64,000 nucleotides of DNA, taken from Bacteroidales bacterium. Lineage in GTDB: Bacteria > Bacteroidota > Bacteroidia > Bacteroidales > ML635J-15. The notes beneath the pieces were generated by a model that worked only from the letters and a program-made list of their open reading frames with translations, did not search any database and was not told the DNA's origin. Numbering within the stretch: position 1 is the first letter of the stretch; the number at the start of each line of letters is the position of its first letter. Made by a program: the position numbers and the translations under genes. Positions 8,366 through 21,000 of this stretch are shown here, piece after piece. The stretch spans positions 12,129-76,128 of the forward strand of contig JAFZRE010000007.1 in the NCBI GenBank assembly GCA_017620015.1, in the 5' to 3' direction.

Positions 8366-8986
8366 TTAAATATCAGGTTCTGCACTTCCCATCCTTACAA
8401 TTTCTGGCTCAGCACCCGTACAGTCGATTACAGTCGATGCAATCAATCCGCCAGGTCCACCGTCAATCACTGCATCTACCCTATTCTTATAGTCTTCGTA
8501 AATGAGTTCGGGGTCGGTAGGATACTCCATAATTTCATCTTCTATACGCAACGATGTAGTAAGGATTGGATTTCCAAGCAACCTGACAATTTCGGTTATT
8601 ATTTTGTTGGCCGGAACGCGAATACCGACAGTTTTCCTGTTCTGCTTCAAGATTTTAGGCACATTATTGTTTGCCTCAAGAATAAAGGTAAAAGGCCCTG
8701 GTAGATTGCGCTTCATCATTTTGAATATGGAATTGTCGATAGGCTTGGTGTAGTCGGAAAGATGGCTCAAGTTCTCACAGATGAACGAAAAATTGGATTT
8801 TTCGACCTTTATACCCTTGAGCTGAGCCACACGCTCCACAGCCTTGGGCTTGGTAATGTCACACCCCATACCATAAACTGTATCGGTAGGATAAATTATC
8901 ACCCCACCCTTTTGCAAAATCTCGACAGCCTGCCTTACTGTTCGTTCGGCAGGGTTGTCGGGATGTATCTTTATAAGAACTGACAT
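8366..8986 (-). CDS. tsaC: L-threonylcarbamoyladenylate synthase (YrdC/TsaC type)
   Basis: 206 aa with GGVIIYPTDTVYGMGCD...GPFTFIL...VGIRVP, the YrdC-domain motifs. It abuts the fsa stop. Confidence 0.85.
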   Translation of the reverse strand: MSVLIKIHPDNPAERTVRQAVEILQKGGVIIYPTDTVYGMGCDITKPKAVERVAQLKGIKVEKSNFSFICENLSHLSDYTKPIDNSIFKMMKRNLPGPFTFILEANNNVPKILKQNRKTVGIRVPANKIITEIVRLLGNPILTTSLRIEDEIMEYPTDPELIYEDYKNRVDAVIDGGPGGLIASTVIDCTGAEPEIVRMGSAEPDI

Positions 8987-9643
8987 CTACTTGTTCAGTT
9001 TGTGATAGTCTTCGAGGAACTTCTGCAGACCAGCATCTGTAAGCGGGTGCTTCAAAAGTCCAAGTATTGCGTTGAGCGGACAAGTTGCTACGTCAGCTCC
9101 CATCTGCATACTGCCAATAATATGCATAGTGTGTCGAATCGAAGCAGCAAGAACCTGAGTCTTGAAGCCATAACGCTGGTACATATCAACAATGTCGCCT
9201 ATAAGCTGCAAACCGTCAGTGCAGTTGTCGTCCAGACGACCGATAAACGGTGAAACGTATGTTGCGCCAGCCTTTGCTGCCAACAATGCCTGACCCACGC
9301 TGAACACCAAAGTGCAGTTTGTACGGATTCCCTTCGACGAGAAATACTTTATAGCCTTGATTCCGTCCTTGATAATCGGAACCTTTACTACTATCTGCGG
9401 ATGCAAAGCAGCCAGTTCTTCGCCTTCGCGGATTATACCTTCGTAATCGGTGCTAATAACCTCAGCACTAACATCGCCATCCACGATTTCACATATCTTA
9501 AGATAGTGATTCATAATATTTTCCTTACCGGCAATACCTTCCTTCGCCATCAGCGACGGATTAGTAGTTACACCATCGAGAACGCCCAATGCCTGAGCTT
9601 CCTTTATCTGTTCAAGATTTGCAGTATCAATAAAAAACTTCAT
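8987..9643 (-). CDS. fsa: fructose-6-phosphate aldolase / short (type 3B) transaldolase
   Basis: 218 aa with [16 protein letters not shown]...GVTTNPSL...VKVP...TNCTLVFS, as in the Fsa/TalC family. Aldolase versus transaldolase cannot be decided by eye. Confidence 0.85.
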   Translation of the reverse strand: MKFFIDTANLEQIKEAQALGVLDGVTTNPSLMAKEGIAGKENIMNHYLKICEIVDGDVSAEVISTDYEGIIREGEELAALHPQIVVKVPIIKDGIKAIKYFSSKGIRTNCTLVFSVGQALLAAKAGATYVSPFIGRLDDNCTDGLQLIGDIVDMYQRYGFKTQVLAASIRHTMHIIGSMQMGADVATCPLNAILGLLKHPLTDAGLQKFLEDYHKLNK

Positions 9644-9668
9644 CTGTAATTTAATTTATTTATTGCGA

Positions 9669-9676
9669 CAAAATTA
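9669..9676 (-). promoter_or_regulatory. Bacteroides-type -7 box (TAATTTTG) for fsa-tsaC
   Basis: The minus-strand sequence matches TAnnTTTG, 25 nt upstream of the ATG at 9643. Confidence 0.45.
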
Positions 9677-9809
9677 CATTTTTTTTAAGTTTTGACAACA
9701 TCATTTTTAAATAAAGGGAAATGATTTTTCAACAGAAAAAGAACAGGGCTATCTACATTTTCCAAAGCAAAAGCACAAAAAAAATGTGAAATGGTACGGA
9801 AATTTGTTG

Positions 9810-9817
9810 TAATTTTG
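9810..9817 (+). promoter_or_regulatory. Bacteroides-type -7 box (TAATTTTG) for typA
   Basis: Matches TAnnTTTG, 19 nt upstream of the ATG at 9837. Confidence 0.45.
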
Positions 9818-9836
9818 CGCCCACATTTTTTAGACG

Positions 9837-11657
9837 ATGGAAGACATTAGGAACATAGCAATCATTGCACACGTTGACCACGGCAAAACCACATTGGTTG
9901 ACAGGATTTTATATCAGGGAAAACTATTTAGGGACAATCAGAAAGTCGGAGAACTGATACTAGACAGCAACGAACTCGAACGCGAACGAGGCATCACTAT
10001 CTTATCCAAAAATGTTTCCGTTAGATACAAAGGTGTAAAAATAAACATCATCGACACTCCTGGGCACTCCGACTTTGGTGGTGAAGTGGAACGCGTACTG
10101 AATATGGCAGATGGCGTGCTTCTTATCGTTGACGCATTCGAAGGACCTATGCCACAAACACGTTTCGTACTGCAAAAGGCATTGGAACTCAAACTGAAAC
10201 CGATAGTCGTTGTAAACAAGGTCGACAAGCCGAACTGCAACCCGGAAGAAACAGTTGAAAAGGTTTTCGAACTGATGTGCAGCCTCGATGCCGACGACGA
10301 CCAACTCGACTTTCCTGTTGTATATGGTTCGGCAAAGCAGGGCTGGATGGGTCCCGACTTCAAGACTCCAACCAACGATGTTTCTCATCTTCTTGATGTT
10401 ATTCTTGATACCATAAAGCCACAGCAATATCCAGAAGGTTCGCTGCAGATGCGCATCACTAGCCTCGACTATTCGTCATATACAGGACGTATTGCTATCG
10501 GCAAGGTAACACGCGGAAGCATTAAGGCCGGCGATGTGGTTTCGGTTGCAAAAAGCGACGGTTCAATTATAAAGTCAACAATAAAGGAACTTTACCGCTT
10601 CGAAGGTCTTGCCAAGGAAAAGACAAAGGAACCAGTATATGCTGGCGAAATTTGCGCATTGCTCGGACTTGAGTCGTTCGACATCGGCGACACCGTATGC
10701 GACAACCTAGAACCAGAGCCTCTTAGCACAATCAAGGTTGACGAACCTACAATGAGTATGCTTTTCGCAAGCAACGACTCACCATTCTTCGGTCGCGAAG
10801 GAAAATATGTAACCTCTCGCCAATTGCGCGAACGTCTGTACAAGGAAACCGAAAAGAACCTCGCCCTGCGCGTTGAAGACACTGACTCGGCAGACAAGTT
10901 CACAGTTTACGGACGAGGCATTTTGCACTTATCAATATTGGTAGAAACCATGCGCCGCGAAGGATTCGAACTGCAGCTCGGTCAGCCTCGTGTTATTATC
11001 AAGGAAATAAACGGTCAGAAATGCGAGCCTGTTGAAGAACTTTCTATTCAGGTTCCAGATGACTTCGCAGGTAAAGTAATCGAAATTGTAACCCAGCGCA
11101 AGGGCGAAATCGTAAACATCGAAAGCCGTAACGACCGCAGCAATCTTGATTTCCGCATTCCTTCGCGCGGACTTATCGGTATGAGAAACGTACTTCTCAC
11201 CGCCACAGAAGGCGAAGCCGTAATGTCGCACCGCTTCGATGCTTTCGAACCTTGGAAGGGGGAACTCGGCATTCGTCGTAACGGTTCTCTCATTGCTATC
11301 GAAACAGGTCAAGCTATCCCCTACTCAATCGACAAGCTTCAGGACAGAGGTAAATTCTTCATCTACCCTGGCGAAGAAGTTTACGAAGGTCAGATTATTG
11401 GTGAAAACACACGCTACAATGACATCGGCGTAAACGTTACAAAGACAAAGAAACTGTCAAATGTTCGTGCTGCCGGTTCCGACGAAAAGGTCCAGATTGC
11501 ACCTCCAGTGCGTTTCTCTCTTGAAGAAGCCATGGAATATATTGCCGAGGATGAGATGATTGAAATCACACCAAAGTCGATGCGACTGAGAAAGATTATC
11601 CTTAACCAACTCGAACGCAAACGTGCCGCAAGGGAAAAGGGAATCGAAGAAGAATAA
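9837..11657 (+). CDS. typA: translational GTPase TypA/BipA
   Basis: 606 aa with IRNIAIIAHVDHGKTTLVD, DTPGH and NKVD G-motifs, plus the full-length EF-G-like architecture typical of BipA. Confidence 0.95.
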   Translation: MEDIRNIAIIAHVDHGKTTLVDRILYQGKLFRDNQKVGELILDSNELERERGITILSKNVSVRYKGVKINIIDTPGHSDFGGEVERVLNMADGVLLIVDAFEGPMPQTRFVLQKALELKLKPIVVVNKVDKPNCNPEETVEKVFELMCSLDADDDQLDFPVVYGSAKQGWMGPDFKTPTNDVSHLLDVILDTIKPQQYPEGSLQMRITSLDYSSYTGRIAIGKVTRGSIKAGDVVSVAKSDGSIIKSTIKELYRFEGLAKEKTKEPVYAGEICALLGLESFDIGDTVCDNLEPEPLSTIKVDEPTMSMLFASNDSPFFGREGKYVTSRQLRERLYKETEKNLALRVEDTDSADKFTVYGRGILHLSILVETMRREGFELQLGQPRVIIKEINGQKCEPVEELSIQVPDDFAGKVIEIVTQRKGEIVNIESRNDRSNLDFRIPSRGLIGMRNVLLTATEGEAVMSHRFDAFEPWKGELGIRRNGSLIAIETGQAIPYSIDKLQDRGKFFIYPGEEVYEGQIIGENTRYNDIGVNVTKTKKLSNVRAAGSDEKVQIAPPVRFSLEEAMEYIAEDEMIEITPKSMRLRKIILNQLERKRAAREKGIEEE

Positions 11658-11675
11658 CAAATCACAAGAAAAATC

Positions 11676-11708
11676 AAAAGTGGTCATACGGCCACTTTTT
11701 TTTACCTA
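11676..11708 (+). terminator. typA terminator hairpin
   Basis: AAAGTGG...CCACTTT stem followed by a run of T at 11696-11703. Confidence 0.6.
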
Positions 11709-11723
11709 TTATTTAGAAAAACA

Positions 11724-11755
11724 AAAGGCGGACTTTTTAATAATCCGCCTTTTTA
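11724..11755. terminator. bidirectional hairpin terminator between the convergent typA and giant gene 1
   Basis: Stem AAAGGCGGA (11724-11732) pairs with TCCGCCTTT (11744-11752). There are T-runs after the hairpin on both strands. Confidence 0.65.
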
Positions 11756-11777
11756 TGAAATGAGAGTAGAGTATTTC

Positions 11778-12038
11778 TTAGTAGAGTATCGTAACCGTTC
11801 CTTCGTACGGTTCCTCATCGTTGAACAAATCGATTACATACATATATGTACCTGCCGGCACGAAATGTCCACGATAACTACCATCCCAAGGCTCAGTGTA
11901 TCCCTTCGATGTAAACATCAACTGACCCCAACGGTTGAATATATATACCTCGGCGGCTGGGAACATTTCAATGTTTTCAATTAACCAGGTATCGTTGACA
12001 CCATCGCCGTTAGGTGTAAACACATTAGGAATGCGCAA
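11778..12038 (-). other. type B T9SS C-terminal domain (TIGR04131-like pattern)
   Basis: The last 86 aa are LRIPNVFTPNGDGVNDTWLIENIEMFPAAEVYIFNRWGQLMFTSKGYTEPWDGSYRGHFVPAGTYMYVIDLFNDEEPYEGTVTILY. Confidence 0.85.
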
Positions 12039-15000
12039 ACAAGGAACATCAACATCGGTAAGTGTTATGGTAATTTCTTCCGACTTACATTCATTAGCAT
12101 CAATTACACCAACTACATAATCACCAGCTGGAATATTCTGCATGATTGAAACATCGGCCTTGCTTGTGTTCCAGTAGTACAGATAAGGTCCGGTACCACC
12201 ATTAACCCTTATTTCGATGCTACCAGTACGGCTGCTACGGCAGAACGGATTTTCATAAACAGTTTCTACATGCAAAGCTTCTGGCTGACCTAACAATGTC
12301 GGCTTATTTGCTTCACAACCATTATTATCAACAACCCTTACCATATAGTAGCCAGCAATCATATTGTTGAATACATTATTAAGAGTCGGAGTAGCCAGTT
12401 CGTCAATAGAATAACTATACGGTTCGACACCACCGGAAACATTTACTTCAATCCTACCATTCTTGTCTCCGTTACATTTAATTTCATTTGTAACAGTTTC
12501 GACAACCAATGCCGCAGGAGCCTCAAGAACTACGCTCTTGACTGCCGAACAACCTACTGCATCGGTAATAGTGAGCGAATATGTACCCATTCCAAGATTG
12601 TCGAGTTCAGTTTCATTTGAAGATGTATTCCAAGCATATGTGTAAGGAGCTACACCGCCAAATGCAGTAGCGATAATCTTACCATCCTGAGAATCGTGAC
12701 ATAACGGAGTTTCAATATATGTCTGGAGATTCATTTCTGGCGGTGAAACAAGGTTTGCTCCGGCCTGACCTGTACATCCCCAAGCATCAGTTACTGTCAC
12801 CATATACGAACCAGCAAATAGGTTGTATATTTCAGGAGATGCATTGCCAGTACTCCAAGTGTAGAACAATGGTTCTGCAGCATTTGGACATTCAGCAGCA
12901 ATAATACCATCGTTAGCACCATGACAGCTTATCTGCTGAGTCACATGAGCGTTGACGGAAAGAATACCCTGTCTCATTACCTGAGCAGTAGCCGTAGCCA
13001 TACAATTATTGACATCGGATACAGTAAGTGCATATTGACCGACAACTAGGTCATTATTGTCAACCGTAGTTATACCATTTGACCATATATAGTTGTAAGG
13101 CTGTGTACCACCGCCAACAACTGCGCTAAGCGAACCGCGTGAAACACCACATATCAAATCACGGGAAGCAACTGTTGCTACAAGTTCCAACGGCTGGTTA
13201 ATTGTGCATTGCAAAGCTACATTACATCCGCCAGAATCACTTACAGTAACGATATAGTTGCCAGCGAGAAGACCTACTGCGGTCTGAGTTCTCTGACCAT
13301 CACTCCACTCGTAGCTGTATGAAGGATTACCGCCGATTGGAGTAACCGTAGCCGATGTTGTGCCACCATAACAAGCAATTGTTCCTATCGATGAAATTTC
13401 GGCAGCGAATGTTGCGGCCTGCGAGATTACAACAACAGTGGAGTTGGTACATCCATTAGCACCCGTTGCAACTACTGTATATGTTCCAGGCGACGAGAAT
13501 GTATTAGATGGTGACATTGTGCCATCGTCCCATACATACGACTGTCCGCCATTTGCAGTAACCGCTATTGAAGTATTAAAGCAGTTCAATTCGGTTGAAC
13601 CAGTATTATTTATAATTGTAACATTTGGCAACTCAGTATCCTCGGTTATGCCAATCGATGCAGATGCCGTACAACCGTTAGTTCCTGTTGCAGTTACCGA
13701 ATACTGTCCCATAGAATAGAACGTACGGTCGCTTGTTGTATAACCATCATCCCATTCGTAAGTTGCATTCTGACCTGTCATTACAACATGAATCTGCGGA
13801 TTGTTACAATCGATAACATTAGTACCAGTCTCGTTGGAGATGTTGATGTCTGGAGCTGCATGGTTCGAGGTTATAGTGAAAGTTGCCGTATTAGTACATC
13901 CGTTAAAACCAGTAGATGTTACCGTATATGTACCAGCACCTACAAACGAGTTTGTATAACCAGTTGTATTTGAACCGCCGGACCAAACATACTCAATTCC
14001 ATTTCCGTATGCTGTAACGTTAATCTGCGATACACTACAATTCAATTCGAATGAATCAGTAATGCTATTGACATCTACCGTTGGCGGGTCTATGTCGCTT
14101 CTGATAGTTATTTCATCTGTACCGACACAACCATTTGCACCAGTAACCGATACCCTGTATGTACCAGGAGTTCTAACAACCTGCGAAGGACCACCGCCCC
14201 ACAACTGGTTACTCCAAGCAAAAGCAGTACCGCCTTGTGCAATTATCTCTACTTCCGTAATATTACATGTCAAAGCATCAGAACCTGTAACATTGTCAAT
14301 ATGGACATATGGCTGAGTCAGATCTTCGTCAATAACAATCTCGGCTTCTCCCGTACATCCGTTACGAGCAGTTGCAGTAACGTGATAAGTACCTGGAGTA
14401 TTTATAGTTATTCTTGAGCCAGTCTGTCCATTATACCATAAGTATGAAACACCACCAGCAACATTAAGAGTGATTTCATCATGGTTACAATCGAGTGTGT
14501 ATATCGAGTTGACACTTGTTATAACTGGTGTTGGTGGAGTAAGATCTTCTGTTATAACCATATATGCTGTATTAGAACAGCCATTTGAACCATATGCAGT
14601 TACAGTGTACGTACCAGAAACTGTCAAATTAATCTCAGCACCTTCATATCCACCAGGCCATGTATAAGAAACACCTGTTCCCGTTGCAATAGCATGTACC
14701 GATGTTGAATTACAGTTAATTTCATTGAAACCGCCATCATTTCTTATTGTAACTGTAGGCGGAGTAATGTTCTCTGTAATTGTTACTGCATTAACTGCGG
14801 TACATCCGTTTGAAGCAGTAGCCGTAACAGTATAAGTACCTGTAGCATTTACGGTATTTGCTGCAGCATTCGGATATAAGCCACCCGACCATGCATAACT
14901 TACAGCATCACCAGATGCAGTAATTGGCACCTGAGTTATTGCACATGTAAGAGTAGTATTCGGTGCTGTAATTTCCACATGCGGCCTACCCATAGTTTCA

Positions 15001-18000
15001 TCAATGTCAATATAGTTAGATGCTGTACAACCATTGTCGGCGGTAACAGTAACAACATAATGGCCTATGGTCGTAAGTTCGTTTGGTGCCTGGTTGGTAT
15101 ATGAACCGCCCGACCAGCGATATGAAACGACGCGGTTGGAACCGACAGCCGTTACATATATTGTTGAAATATCACAAGTAAGTGTTGTTGTTTCAGGAGT
15201 TGTATTATTAGTAATTGTAACTGACGGCTGAGCCAAATCGGTAGTAATAGTAATTTGATCCATTGCCGTACATCCGTTTGGAGAAGTTGCAGTAACATAA
15301 TATGTTCCTGCACTTGTGAACGAGTTACCAGTACCAGTAGTGTTTTCTCCGCCAGACCATGTGTAAATGTCGGCATCGCTATCGTCGATAAGAGTTACCG
15401 AAATCGAAGGTCCGCCACAAGTTATTACAGTAGTATTCGAGTTGTTGCCGATCTCAACATTCGGGATCTGGACATCCTCTGTTATTTCAATTGTAGCAGT
15501 TGAGTCACATCCATTCGGAGCTGTTGCCATCACAGAATAAAGACCAGGAGCCAGAACATCAAGAGTACCATTAGTCCACGAGAGCGTTGCGCCATCGGTA
15601 GTTGTAGTAGCATTAAGAGTAATAGGTATATTATTGTAAGAGTTGTAGCATGTCAGCACGGTGGTTGCAGGTTGAGTTATAGCAACATTCGGCTTGACAA
15701 TATCCTGCGTAACAGTTACAGATGCCGACCTCGAACAGCCGTTTTGTGCTGTTGCCGTAACCCTATACTGTCCAGGTTCTGTGATATTTGTCGGGTCAAT
15801 GCCATTTGCCCACGAAAGGTTAATTCCAACAGGACTAGTTTGAACAATAAGTCCAATCGACTGTGTTGAACAAGTAAGAACTGCTGGTGGGTCAATGCTT
15901 ACACTCGGCAATTCGGCATCTTCAAATACTTCAACATTAGTACTTGCAGAACATCCGTTAGCCAAAGTTGCAGTTACCGTATATACACCAGGCTCAAGGA
16001 CATTATAAGTTGCTTCGTGCGGTCCCTGATACCAAGCATACGAAGCATCTCCCGACTCAACACTTGCAACGAGAGCTATCGAATGAATACTACAGTTCAA
16101 TGTCAGTTCGTCTTGTGTGCTAGGTGAAATATGAGGTACCGGCACTGTAACATCCCTGTCGATATGTATTGTTGCCGATGCTGTACAACCATTATCATAG
16201 CTTGTTGTTACTGTGTATAATCCATCTGTTGGATAGTTGGCGTGAGTTGCCACATTCGACGGAGTCCAAACCATAGTACCAGTTCCTACTGCACTAAGTG
16301 TTATAGAACCAGTTGTACAATTCAAAGTATTTGTAGCAGGTTGGTTAATCGAAACAGTAGGCGTATTGATGTCTCTTGTTATTTCCACAGTTTCTGTATG
16401 CGTACAACCGTTAGGAGCAACAGAAGTGATTTCAAATACATAAACGCCAGTTACAGGGTCAACCATATTGGCATCTACCATTTCAATATACGGATTAGAA
16501 ACTGTACTGCCGTTTATCTCGAGATGTGCGCCATCCGTATCCGTAGAAGCGATTATCTTTATAGAATTGTCGGTACATGTAATTTCAGTAGTATTCGGAT
16601 TAAGCGTAATGTCAAGATTTGGCTCTGCAAAATCGCCAGTAATTACAATTTCGCTAGTTGCCGAACATCCATTAGCATCCGTTACCGTTACCTGATATGG
16701 GCCTACTGCATTAAACGTAGCGCTTGCAGTAGTAGCAGAATTTGACCACGCATAAGAAACGCCACCGCCAGCAACAGCAGAAACCTGACTATTGTTGCTA
16801 CAATTTATTACAGCAGTTGTTGGAGTTATGCTTGGTGTAGGCAACGGATATACGGTTATAGTTTCATCATCGGAAATATCAAACGTACCACTTGTGCCAC
16901 ATGAGTTTGCATGCAGGGTTGCTGTGTAAGTATATGAATCGGCTGCTGTCGGAGTTACAGTGATGCGTTCTCCACTAGTAGTGAGCAAACCAGCTGCTGC
17001 TGCCGATGGAGTAGCATCCCAAGTTACAGTATATCCTGTTCCTGCGTTCGACACATGAGCCTGCAATACAATAGCATCGTTGAGACAAGCATTGTCGGCA
17101 GTAACTTCCACTGCTGGAGTGTCACCAATTACAACGTTAACGGTATTGGCTGCCGTACAGTTGTTTGCATCGGTAACAGTTACAGTATATGGAGTTTGCG
17201 TATTAAGGTCTGGGGTTACAAGTTCAGCACCTGTTGTTCCATTCGACCATCTGTAAGTGTATTCTGCCAGACCATTTGCACCGTGTGCTGTAAGAGTAGT
17301 ACTTGTTCCTTCGCAGATTGAAAGCGAACCAGAAATAGATACGGTCGGTGATGTCGGGCTATCGCCTACCACTATATCCTGCTCGGTATAGCAGTTTGCC
17401 GAAGTCGTTTCGTTTGTTATCCTAACCATATATGTTCCTACTTCAAGATTACTGAATGTTACAGCATCGCCTGTTGTTGTCTGTGCAGTCTGACCAGTAA
17501 CCGTTACAGTGTAGGTAGAACCGGCAACACCGCCAGCAAAGTTGCTAACTGTGATTGAACCGTTGTATGGGTCGGTACATCTTGTATTGTCAACCTTGGC
17601 TATTTCAGCAGTAGAAGTTGACGATACATTAACTGTATGCGAAACCGTTGCTGTACAAGTGTTAGCATCAGTAACCCTCAATACATATACAACATCTGCG
17701 CTACCCGGAGTTACCGTCGGGTTAACGCTAACCGAAGACGATGTAGAAGATGTTGGCATACCGTTGGTAATAGTATGGGTTGCATCACTTGTAGTATTAC
17801 AAGTCCAACGATACGAAGTGAATGTTGCAGGAGCGGATGTCATAGATACCGACGAACCGTTGCAGATTTCATCAGCAGAAGCAGTTATGGATACATTCGG
17901 TGTGTCGTAAACTGTTATCGATACAGGAATAACGACATCGGTACAAGGAGAAATTGCGCCAGTGGTCGTCACATTGAAAGTATATGTTCCTGCATTGAGA

Positions 18001-21000
18001 GGAGTACCTGACAAAGTAACAGTATGATTTACTCCATCACTAATAGCATTAATGCCATCTGGCAATATTCCACCGACGATTGCAACATCAACAGCACCAC
18101 CACCGTAGGTAAATACAATGTCACTCATACTACTGCCAAGACAGAAGTTCTGATTTGCATTTCCATTTATTTCAAGTTCTACACTTGGACGAAGGGTTAT
18201 AAAACCTTGTTTTTCTTCAGGTTTGCAAGGAGGTATAACACCAGTTGTAACCACAGTGTATGGGAATACTCCTGTTTCTGTCGGAGTTCCATATATGGTT
18301 ACTGTTTGTGCCGTATGGTTGACAGTGAACGAGAGGCCTGCTGGCAAATCATTTCTCAAAGCATCCTCGTCTATTCCTGTAGCACCACCGCCATAGGTAT
18401 ATACGATATTAGTGAAGGTGCCTGGCATACAAATGTTCTGGTTATCGGTACCAACAGCCGATGTCAGCACAAGTGTTGCATTCGTAGATATCGAAATTAC
18501 ACCTGACCGGCTTATATTTTCGCAAGGAGCTTCTGCACCTGTAGTTGTTATAGTATAAGTATAATCACCAGCTTCAACATCCAATGCCGGAGTTCCAGAA
18601 ATTGTTACAACATTTCCTGATACCGATGCTGTTATACCATCGGGCAAATCGTTGTTAAGAGCAACTAGGTCTATGCCAGTAGCAGAACCGCCAAACGAAT
18701 ACCTTATATTTTGGGTCCAAGTAATTTCAACACAAAGCACAGCATCCGGACTTCCGGAAAGCAATGTCAATTCGGCAGGCTGACTGATTACTACATTACC
18801 AGTCAATGTCTGATTACCGCAAGGAGCAGTTTCGTTTGTTGTTGACACTGTGAAAGATCCACTTTCTGTCGGACGACCAGATATTGTAATTGTATGGTTG
18901 GCAGTATTGACAGAAGAAGTAAGACCAGAAGGTAACGAGCCAACAACCTCTGCCCCACCAGCAGCTCCGCCGTAGGTATATACAAAGTTGACATCACCTC
19001 CCTCACATACAGTCTGCGTTGCAGTACCAGTTGTAAGTGTAAGTGTTGCTGGGTCAACTACTGTTATTGTACGAGTTTCGGAAATATTCGTACATGGAGT
19101 TGTTGCACCAGTCGTCGTAATAGTGTATGGATACAAACCAGCGCCAACCGTTGGCACGCCCGAAATCACAATACGATTATCGGATGGATATGTTTCGAAA
19201 GTCATTCCGGCAGGAAGATTTATCACATCGGCACCATTTGCGCCACCGCCATAGGTAAAGACAATGTTTGCATTTGTTTCTCCGCCACACAAGGTTTCGT
19301 CACCCGAAGTATATTCCAACGTTGGCAGAGGATTTACCGTAACCTGCATAGTGGTTATTGTTGCACACTGACCCGGATCTGGAACAAACGTATATGTATA
19401 TGTTCTATTCATAATATCTGGTTCCCAGTGACCAGTTATGCCGTTGGTTGAAGTCGTCGGCAAAGCATTTACAGTAGAACCTTCGCAGTAAGGTTCAGCA
19501 GGATCAAATGTCGGCACGATATTACCTTCGTTTACAATTATACGACCAGTCACGACTTGTTCTGTACAACGAAGTCCTGTCCGGCTTACAGTAGTAATAG
19601 TATAATTATAGGTATCATGTAATGCAGGTGCACCCGAAACGGTAACCGTATTTCCAGAGACATTCATAGTAACACCATCAGGAGTACTTGGTGTCCACGA
19701 TATAACAGCACCTGTAGCAACTCCGCCCAATGTATATACGATGTCGGTTATCGACTGACCTTCGCATACTGTCTGAAGTTCATTTCCTGAAGTTGTAACG
19801 TGGGTAATAGTAGGTGCAACAGCAGAATAAGTCATCGGGATGTCGGTTGTACAACCGATGTTGTCGGTGAGGATTATATTGCACGACTGCTGACCATTGG
19901 TAGCGGTCTGCGGGGCAACAACAATGTTGTTACCACTTACAGTTGCGATACTACCGCAGTCGTTAGATACGCTTTCCAGTTCAACCGTATAGTCCCAGTT
20001 GCTTGGCAAGAGGTCTTCTGAAAGAGCAATCTCCCAGTCGAAGACATAACCGTTATCAGCAGCCCAGCTATCGCAAACCGAGATTGTCCATTCACCGTTG
20101 AGAGGACAGCCTATAAGGCTACCGAAATTCTGGAATGGCTGGTACATCTGTGTTCCATTCTCCACATTCGACGGCAACACATGATGAAGCGTATTGGACG
20201 AAGCTGTTCCATTGTTATATACAGTCGTTGAAGACGACATATTTGATACATCATATACATATCCCACAGTTGTATATTGCGAGTTGCTTGTCCAAGCATA
20301 GTCGTAACCAATACCAGGGATGTTGTGAGGATTTGAGCCATCGCATATTTCTGATGCTGTCAGGTTTTCTGAATCTACAACATCATAAATGTCTGGTTCT
20401 CCGAAATAAATACGAGTATAACTGTTATTTGTGAATGAAGTTACCACACCATTTCCACCCAGTACCGTATTAACATAGTATTGTGCAGCGGCCTGAGATG
20501 TGAATGTATAAGCATCATTTCCTGTCGTCGAATCATTTGTCATCCACACATAGTACCTTGTAGTACCATTGTCATCGGTAACAGTATAAGCGATAGCATA
20601 ATATGAGCCAGAGTTTATTGAATAAACAGTATATTCATGTCCTGGGAAATATTGTTCAAGATATGAATGTACATAATTCCAAGCATCTTGAGCAGTAGAG
20701 AATGTAAGCAGATAATAAGTATTACCATTATATGTATATGTAGCACCTTCCGGAGAATTATATGTACGGCCAAGCATATTGTCACCTGTATAGAATGTTG
20801 TTGAGCTTGAACCTACTCGCCATGAAGTGGTTGCCGTAACATCAGGCCAAGTGTAAGTATATGGATCTATTGCATTACCGCTATATACACTGCTGCTCGG
20901 GTCATTGCTGTAGTAGTCGGGAAGCAATATAGCAGAACGACGTACACCATTGTGTTCCGGACAAGTAATCTTTATCTGTATGTCACCTATGAACGAATGC

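Noticed and set aside
13410-17340. Regular ~230-bp periodicity that could be mistaken for a CRISPR-like or satellite array
   Set aside because: The periodicity is entirely inside an open reading frame and corresponds to protein repeats. There are no short identical direct repeats with unique spacers anywhere in the window, and there are no cas genes.
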